DNA of 64,000 nucleotides, from NCBI RefSeq assembly GCF_016433145.1, contig NC_058130.1, forward strand, positions 800,656,962-800,720,961. Reading direction: 5' to 3'. Shown one piece after another: positions 57,478 through 64,000 of this stretch. A program made the translations under genes and the position numbers. Position 1 is the stretch's first letter, and each line of letters opens with the position of its first letter. The DNA comes from Gracilinanus agilis (lineage: Eukaryota). The notes beneath the pieces were generated by a model. It was not told the DNA's origin. It was given only the letters and a program-made list of their open reading frames with translations, and searched no databases.

Positions 57478-60400
57478 GTGAGCGTGGCCTAGGGCGGGCT
57501 CACTGCCCCTCCCGTCGTGCCCCGCAGCAGCTTCTCTGCGCGCTTGGGCTCTAGGCACCACCCCCTTCCGGCCCAGTTTTTTGGACTCCGCCCCTCGCTG
57601 TCTGCTGCCGCATTTGTGCTAAGGTGGTAGAGCTGGGGGAGGGTTTCTCCTCCCGCAGTACCTTTGGGCAGGCTCCTACCAAATTGTCCCCGTCTCTCAA
57701 GCTCCAGCTTGAAGCCCGGTCCAGGGTGAGGCTTGGGCCCAAGTGCGGCGGCGTATACGGTGGGGAGGGTGCGGGCAGGGCCCCCAGGTGTAGTTCTCCC
57801 GCCACCCGAAAGTCTGAAGCTTCTTCCAGAGAAGCCCAAAGATGCCAGAAAGCGGCCAGAAGCCTAAATGCTAAGCAGGGAAACCTCCTTCAGCCCCAGT
57901 TTTCCCGGTTAGGACAGATCCCCGCTCATTCCCCTTCCTTCGGCCCAATCCTCTCGGAGGCTCGCTTGCCGATGTTCCCGAGCAGCAGGCCTTTGGGTTC
58001 AGTTTGGAGCGAGGAGCCCTCCCCTCCCCTCCCCCGCTTTTCTAGGAAGTTTTTCTTGGGGGCCGCTTTCTCTTCCCCATTACTTTCCATCTGCCTTGTA
58101 GTTTCCGACTTCCCTCAGGATTCTCCCTAGGATCAGACCTGGGGAGGCCCCGCTTCGGGGTTTCTGCCTCTGCCCCATCTTTCCGTGGGATTCGCTGCGT
58201 TCTTTTGTGAATGATGAGCCCCAGGAGGCTCCCCACTTCCTCTCCGTGCCCTTCGCAGCTCTTCTCCTCGGCGTGGCCACCGCCCAGAGGAAGGGGCTTG
58301 GGGAGCGGGAGCCCGGCCAGCCGGCCGCTGCTTCATGCCGTCTCTCTGTCCCCTCAGCGATGCCTCGAGAGAATGAAAAGCAGCCGGGCCCAGCTCCTGG
58401 ACAAGTATCGGCGCGTGGGAGAAGCTCCCAGCGGGCTCATGGCCCAGGAGGTGATGGAGGAAGAATGGCTGGCCTTGCAGTCCACACATGTGAGCCTGGC
58501 GGCCCAGAGGCCCAGCGAGACTTCTGTACAGGTCTGCTTGCCCGGGGTGCTGAGTGAGGGCACCCCCCACCCCCCATTCGGCAGGTGCTTTGGACAACTT
58601 TCCAGGGACAAAGGCCCAGAGCTGAGAGCAGGAAGCTCTCCATCAGCAGGGAAGAGGCCAATGTCCCCGGGCCGGGAGGGGTAGGAAAAGGCAAACCCTG
58701 CATCCTCAAGGGGCGCCACTACATGACAGCCCGCTGGTTGGGCCCCTTTGGAAAAGCCACACAAAGAAACGTGTTTCTTTCCCTTCTGCTCTCTCTGTAG
58801 GTGGAGGACCCTGAGGAACTCGAAGTCTTGGAGGAAATACAGCAGGAGCTGCTGAGTCAAGGTGACCCTGGAGTGTGGGCTTTGGTGCTCCTGCTCTGTG
58901 GAAGGGGCCTCCCCCATGTGGCCTCTTCTCTGAGAAAGGGCATCAGGAGGCCTTGCTGTGCAGTCTTGGGCAGATCCCTCCCCTCTCTGGGCTTGGGGTC
59001 ACGCCAGAGGATCTGTGGCGAGGACATTCTGTCTGGCTTTACGTAGGCCTCCTCCTTCTGGAGCAGTAAATGTGGACTCTAGATGAGGAGCCGGAGCCTG
59101 GGAAAGGGAGGGGACTTCGCGGAGCTTGGGCCAGAGCCAAACTCAGGTGTTCTGGCTACCCAGGCACCAGCACGCTCCAGATAGGGCTCCCTCCCTCCCG
59201 TGTGGTCCTTCTCTGGGTCTTTCTATAGATTCTCCCAGAGAACTGATTTAAAGCTCAGGGGAGATGAGAGCCCTGGGCCTAGATGCAGGGAGACTTGGGT
59301 TCTTCTCCTCCTCCATACCCTGAGTAGCTGGGTGACCTTGGGCATGTCCCTTTACCTCCATCCCTCGCAATTTCTTCATTCCTACCTGAGCAAGTGAGGT
59401 AACCGAGCAGTAATCATTTGCACATCCTTAAGGGTTCCTCTTTAGAGTCCCAGCAGCAAAGGAGAAATGTAGTCCAACATGCCAGTAATGGGAGTATCTA
59501 TGCAGGAATAAAGCGGTGGGGGTGTCTACACAGGCCAGAGTAAGGGGGCTGAGGGGTCGTCTACGTTGGACTGTGTCGGGGCAACCTAGAGGACTGAATG
59601 CCGTTTAGAAACTTTTCTTGGTTTAATGAATGGACGGGACCCAAAAAGCTATCCCCATGGAGTGCTGCAACTCTCAGTGTGACCAGCCAGGCTGCTCTTG
59701 GGACCATCACTTGGTACAAGACGCCATTTTGTGCTCTTCTGGCCCAGACCTTGAGGATTCACGTTTACTTCTATGCCATGAGGAGATGTTGAGTCAGTTA
59801 GCAAACATCTATTAAGCACCTACTGCGTACTAAGCCCTATTAAATGCTAGGGGTACAAATGAAAGGGAAAATACCCCTTTTGGATAATGAGGGGACAGGG
59901 TTGTGCTGAAGAAATGTCTGGGGTCAAGGAAATGGCAGTTTGTCCAAGGGATGTGGCCGCCTCTGGTCCTCCATTCTGGGCTGGGCCAACATCCTTTGGC
60001 TCAAGCCATCTGTGGACTCTCCCGGCAGCGGCCTTCTTCATCCGTTTGGCATTTCCCATGTGGTGTGCTGGGCTCGCCTCCTTTGGTCTGGCCCAGTTGG
60101 CAGCGAGAAGCCTGGAAAAGCCTTTCTTTCTGTCCATTTTGTCATCAACTCTGAGCAGAGCTCATTGCCTGACACAGGGCCTGGCACAAAGTAAGCGCCT
60201 TTAATAAATGCCCAGCAGCGACCACACAAATACATATTCTTTTTTCTTTTAAAACCCTTACCTTGTGTATTGGCTCCAAGGCAGAAGAGTGGTAACGGCT
60301 AGGCAATGGGGGTCAAGTGACTTGCCCAGGGTCACACAGCTGGGAAGTGTCTGAGGCCAGATTTAGAAATACATATTCTTGTTAAAAACTCCCTTTCCAA

Positions 60401-62258
60401 AAAGTCCGGCTGTCTGTAGGGCAGTGTGGGGAAATCCTACCTTTAGGGTTGCAGACCAGGAAGATCCCGTGGGAAGGAACAGCCTCCAGAGTCCGAATGA
60501 GGTGGCTGTAGTGGCTGGCTTTCAAGTGAAGATTGGACTCTGCAGCTCCTTGTCTGTGTCCCCCGTCCCAGCCCTGCCTCTTGGGAGTCCTGCTCATGGC
60601 TGCTCTCCCCTAGTTAAAGCTCTTTCCTCATTCCCGTCAGTTTTGGTTATGCCGTAACGTTCTTAGAACCATCTCCCTTGGTCTGCTACAGAGAAGGCTG
60701 CACTGAAAGTGTCTGAATGGAGCTTTAGAGGAGGGGGAAGTAGGACCCCTGAGGCATACGTGGGTCCCAGCTGGCCCTCCAGAGGGGCTCTGGCAGTCAA
60801 GTCCCCTCCAGCATTGAGTGTCTTCACTCTTTCCAGCGCAGTGCAGTTCGGCTGTGCCTTCAGGTTCCCCCATTCCGTGTTCCGGCCCCTGGAGGCCTCC
60901 CTGTTGCCGCAGTTAACCCTCATCCCTGAACTTTTCTGGGCCGGGAGCACGGAATGTCAGCAATGCGATTCCCTGCGGTCACTTTGGGCCCCCTCCTGCT
61001 CCGCTCTAGCTTTTCATCCTTCTCCTCGCAGAACAGGCCTACATCGAGGAGTACGAAAGGAGCCTGCGGTTTGATGACGAGTGTCTCCGGGCCCTGCTGG
61101 AGGGGCTCCAGGCAGACAGGCTCATCTGCCCTGTGTGTACCAGGTAGGTTCGAGCTTCTGGCCTTTGGCATTGAAAGCAGGCCAGAGCAGAGGCTTCTGA
61201 GAACAGTTCTGCTTGTAGGTACCACCTGACCGTGGCGGGAGGCGTGGTCCTGTGTCCGTGCGGCCTCCAGCTCTTCTCTCAGGTGAGGTTCCCTGGCAGC
61301 TCTGGGTCGAGCATCAGACCCGATCGCCAACGAGGACCGGAAAGACAGGCACCCTTTTAGCCGATTACCAGGCCCCATGTGGCCCCTGATGGGGGAGGAC
61401 CACCTTTTGGGGGCACTGGGGGCGCGTCTGGCCGGAAGCATGGAAGGGAGGAATCATTCCCTTCATCGGGTCCCTCCTCAGGCTCCCAAGCTGACAGAAG
61501 AAGCCTTCGGAGCCCTTTTAGAGGAAAGTGTCAACAGACACAGCGAGTTCTGTGCCCACAGGCCCGAGTTTTCTGTCACCAGTGGAACGGAAGAAAATGC
61601 CAGCCTCCTCCTGAGCTGTGCGGTGAGCTTAGCCTGGTAGCGCTGGAGCGGCTGGCACAGCCCCGCCCTTCTCTCCCTGGGTCTGGTGCCTGTTCCACTT
61701 GCCACCTTATGCAACCCAGAATCCCTCAGTGATGGTGGTGGGGGTCGCCATGCCAGGGCCCAGGGATCCCTTTGACAGCAGTCAGCCTATGTGCTTGCAC
61801 ACTGCTAGTGATGGGGGTCTGGGGTTGGGTGGCAGGAAGCGGCAGGGAGGCCTGGCAGTATCGAGCTTTCACCCTGCTGGTGCTGCTCCCCCCAGAGACC
61901 TCATCTTTCCTAGTGGGGCCACTTCGTCCCCTGCAGTTTTCCCTCTGGACCAGGCAGAGGCAAACCCTCAGGAGAACTGTAGAAGCCACCAGGTGCCATC
62001 CTCCCCCTGCCACCCCCATGAAACTTCAAGAAGAATCCATTTTTAAAACCGTGAGGGGTCGTGGGGCACAGAGCTCTCTCCCTCTCTCCCCCAGGGACAG
62101 GATTGGGCCCCTTTAGCTCTAGGTCCTGGACCAAGAGAGGCCTGGGAGTCATCAGGCAGGGGTTGGGGCCTCGTCACTCTCCCCGATGACACATGACCAT
62201 TATTGTTCTTGTTCTTTCCTGGGTCCAGGCATGTGACACTTGGACTGTGCTCCTCTGA
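57394..62258 (+). CDS. RPAIN: RPA-interacting protein, complete 7-exon gene (221 aa, or 207 aa with the proximal exon-2 donor)
   Basis: join(57394-57477,58358-58531 or 58489,58801-58861,61032-61143,61219-61282,61482-61622,62229-62258). Motifs WKETYRQRCLERM, QEVMEEEW, LEEIQQEL, LICPVC, CxC and ACDTW match vertebrate RPAIN; position between NUP88 and C1QBP is syntenic. Confidence 0.94.
58358..58531 (+). CDS. RPAIN: RPAIN exon 2 (3' end ambiguous: 58489 or 58531)
   Basis: RCLERMKSSRAQLLDKYR...QEVMEEEWLALQS. Confidence 0.85.
58801..58861 (+). CDS. RPAIN: RPAIN exon 3
   Basis: VEDPEELEVLEEIQQELLSQ. Confidence 0.93.
59275..59400 (+). mobile_element. MIR fragment
   Basis: gagacttgggttc...tagctgggtgaccttgggca. 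Confidence 0.5.
60242..60366 (-). mobile_element. 5'-truncated SINE1 with 14-bp TSD
   Basis: TSD AAATACATATTCTT at 60228-60241 and 60367-60380. Confidence 0.92.
61032..61143 (+). CDS. RPAIN: RPAIN exon 4
   Basis: EQAYIEEYERSLRFDDECL...LICPVCT. Confidence 0.95.
61219..61282 (+). CDS. RPAIN: RPAIN exon 5
   Basis: YHLTVAGGVVLCPCGLQLFSQ. Confidence 0.93.
61482..61622 (+). CDS. RPAIN: RPAIN exon 6
   Basis: APKLTEE...HSEFCAHRPEFSVTSGTEENASLLLSCA. Confidence 0.94.
62229..62258 (+). CDS. RPAIN: RPAIN exon 7 (coding part)
   Basis: ACDTWTVLL*. Confidence 0.92.
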   Translation, partial: ACDTWTVLL

Positions 62259-62439
62259 CGGTGGCCTCAGCAGGAGGAGGAGGAGGAGGGGGTCCTTCCT
62301 CCTGAACCCGGGGCTCACGCTTACCCGGAGGACAAGTCTATTTATTGTTGGGTGTGGGGGGACGAGAGCATTGTCGGGGACTCTGGCCCTGGAGGAACCA
62401 GGACTGACACGGGGCGCTCCGGAGTAGAGTCCAAGCAAT

Positions 62440-62445
62440 TTTATT
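62440..62445 (-). terminator. C1QBP polyA signal AATAAA (second at 62341-62346)
   Basis: TTTATT on + strand downstream of the C1QBP stop. Confidence 0.75.
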
Positions 62446-62494
62446 TCTCATCATTCTGTGACGCGTACAAAAGTGGTGGCAGGACAAGCCAGAA

Positions 62495-62500
62495 AATAAA
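62495..62500 (+). terminator. RPAIN polyA signal AATAAA
   Basis: First + strand AATAAA after the RPAIN stop. Confidence 0.75.
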
Positions 62501-62619
62501 GCGGGTTAGGGAACATCTCATTTATGCCCAAAATGATCTTACGAACCGTCTCCATGATTGCGGCTAAATAACTTCTCTCTCCCCCACCCCTTCCTGAGGG
62601 CTCAGGGGTCCTCCGCCCC

Positions 62620-62769
62620 CTACTGACATTTGACAAAGCCCTTCAGATCCTCCAGAAAGTTGATGTATTCCTGGTGCTCCAAGGCTGTGCTGAGTTCGAT
62701 GAGCTCATCCGCAAATTTATTGTCCACCCCACGGTCAGCCAAGAAGTCCATCAAGTGGTCATACAGGGC
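62620..62769 (-). CDS. C1QBP: C1QBP exon 6 (coding part)
   Basis: ALYDHLMDFLADRGVDNKFADEL...VKCQ*. Confidence 0.98.
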   Translation of the reverse strand, partial: ALYDHLMDFLADRGVDNKFADELIELSTALEHQEYINFLEDLKGFVKCQ

Positions 62770-63904
62770 CTGCAGGACGAAAAGAGCCTGGCTACCCGAG
62801 GGGGCATCGGTGGGCCGGTCTCCTGGGATCAGGAGTTTCCAGGCCACTTCTGGGGTCCTCGCTGCTTATTGTAGAGATCTCTGCCTCACAAAGGGGAGGG
62901 CGTGGACCCCAAGCAGAGTGAGAGGCGCCAAGGAGTAAGACTGCGCCCTCACCACCATCCCCTTCAGACTTAAAAGCAACAGGAACCTGACTGAAGAGGA
63001 ATTGCATTCCCAGAGAATAGTATTGGGGAGCCAAAGAAAAGGGGTGGAAGAGGCTAGGCCCTCTGGGGAGAGGGATGATGAGCTTGGCCACTCTACAAGG
63101 AAATCACCAACTGCCTACTGAGGCCCGCAGGCCCAGCCAGAGACTCTGGGACGGGGATCCTTTTTGGGTTATTTCAGAGGTCCTCATTAGGTTCTCGGGC
63201 CTTTATTCCATTCCAGCCCGCCTTGGGACTGTATTCTCAGCCTGGGGGCTCTGAGCTAAACTAAAGGACAGTCTAGGTGCTGGGCTAGAAGTGGAGGAGG
63301 GGGAGGGGACATGGCCATAGCGCCCCTTTTTCGGCGAAAAGCGCCCCCTGCACCTACCCAGTCCAGGGAATCCGTGTTGAGGGTGTAATTTGTGTCCTTC
63401 CATTCCGAGTCACTGGTGGGCTGAAAGCTAACTTCCCTGATAGAGAAAATGTCGCTCTCGTCCTCCTCTTCTTGGCCCACCTAGAAAGTTTTCAGAGAGG
63501 AATCAGGGCTGGGCCTGGGTGGGTGTGGGGCGCACGGGCAGGCCACCTTTGGCGGCAACCCTGGGGAGACGCCAGTTCTGACACTAGCAGCCCAGGCCCA
63601 CCTCATCTTCCGGGTAGTGGCAGTCCAGCACGAGGGCCTTCTTTGTGTCGTCCTTCACAACTTCCACCACAAAGTTCGGCGTCGACGTGAGTTCAGGCTG
63701 GCCCCAAAGAGAAGTGGGTCAGCCAGAGTTCTGGTGCGCCAGGGCCCGGCCCGGCCCCCTCCCTCTCCCACCCGGGGGGCACCTGCCTCCAGCCGCCCCC
63801 CACTGGAGCTCACCTCCTGCTGCTCTTGGGCCTTCTGTCCCTCCGCCGGCTCGTCATCGAAGGTTGGGGGGATGCTGTTGTTGATGTTGAAGGTGACCGT
63901 GATC
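62620..63904 (-). CDS. C1QBP: C1q-binding protein / p32 / gC1qR, 3' four exons (5' part outside window)
   Basis: complement join(63814-63904,63602-63697,63358-63480,62620-62769): ITVTFNINNSIPPTFD...PELTSTPNFVVEV...SDIFSIREVSFQ...ALYDHLMDFLADRGVD...KGFVKCQ*. Confidence 0.98.
63358..63480 (-). CDS. C1QBP: C1QBP exon 5
   Basis: VGQEEEDESDIFSIREVSFQ...NTDSLDW. Confidence 0.98.
63602..63697 (-). CDS. C1QBP: C1QBP exon 4
   Basis: PELTSTPNFVVEVVKDDTKKALVLDCHYPEDE. Confidence 0.97.
63814..63904 (-). CDS. C1QBP: C1QBP exon 3
   Basis: ITVTFNINNSIPPTFDDEPAEGQKAQEQQE. Confidence 0.96.
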
Positions 63905-64000
63905 CTGAAAGGGAGAAGGGTGGGCCCAGAGCGGTTTGCACACACCCGGCAGCAGCCTCCGCCCCCCCCTCACCCCCTGGGGCCAGGAGCCTCGTCCGGG

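Noticed and set aside
1-64000. Non-canonical (GC-AG, AT-AC or U12) introns; exact species
   Set aside because: All mapped introns are GT-AG with no GTATCCTT donor. SINE type indicates a didelphid but cannot separate species without a search.

Overview
This is mammalian genomic DNA, not prokaryotic. The SINE1/MAR1/CORE SINEs and L1 3' ends point to a marsupial, most likely a didelphid opossum; the species cannot be fixed from sequence alone. Four housekeeping genes are tightly packed in the same order as human 17p13.2: RABEP1 (+, 18 exons, 866 aa, complete), NUP88 (-, 17 exons, 751 aa, complete), RPAIN (+, 7 exons, complete) and C1QBP (-, last 4 exons; its 5' end lies beyond the window). I read all exons by eye; all introns are GT-AG and the reading frames join. 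NUP88 and RPAIN share a bidirectional promoter, and both convergent gene pairs abut or overlap at their 3' ends. Most ORF-track entries are GC-rich noise. I found no clearly new gene system. The best leads are: apparent GC-biased erosion of ancient L1 fossils and of the proteins; nine consecutive near-minimal NUP88 introns; a five-CCAAT array with a duplicated ZNF143 motif; an Arg-rich uORF; several unusual splice-site configurations; a 27-bp minisatellite; and an unidentified AT-rich, CpG-retaining segment. Comparisons to human proteins and repeat consensus sequences are from memory and need confirming by alignment. Repeat boundaries are approximate.
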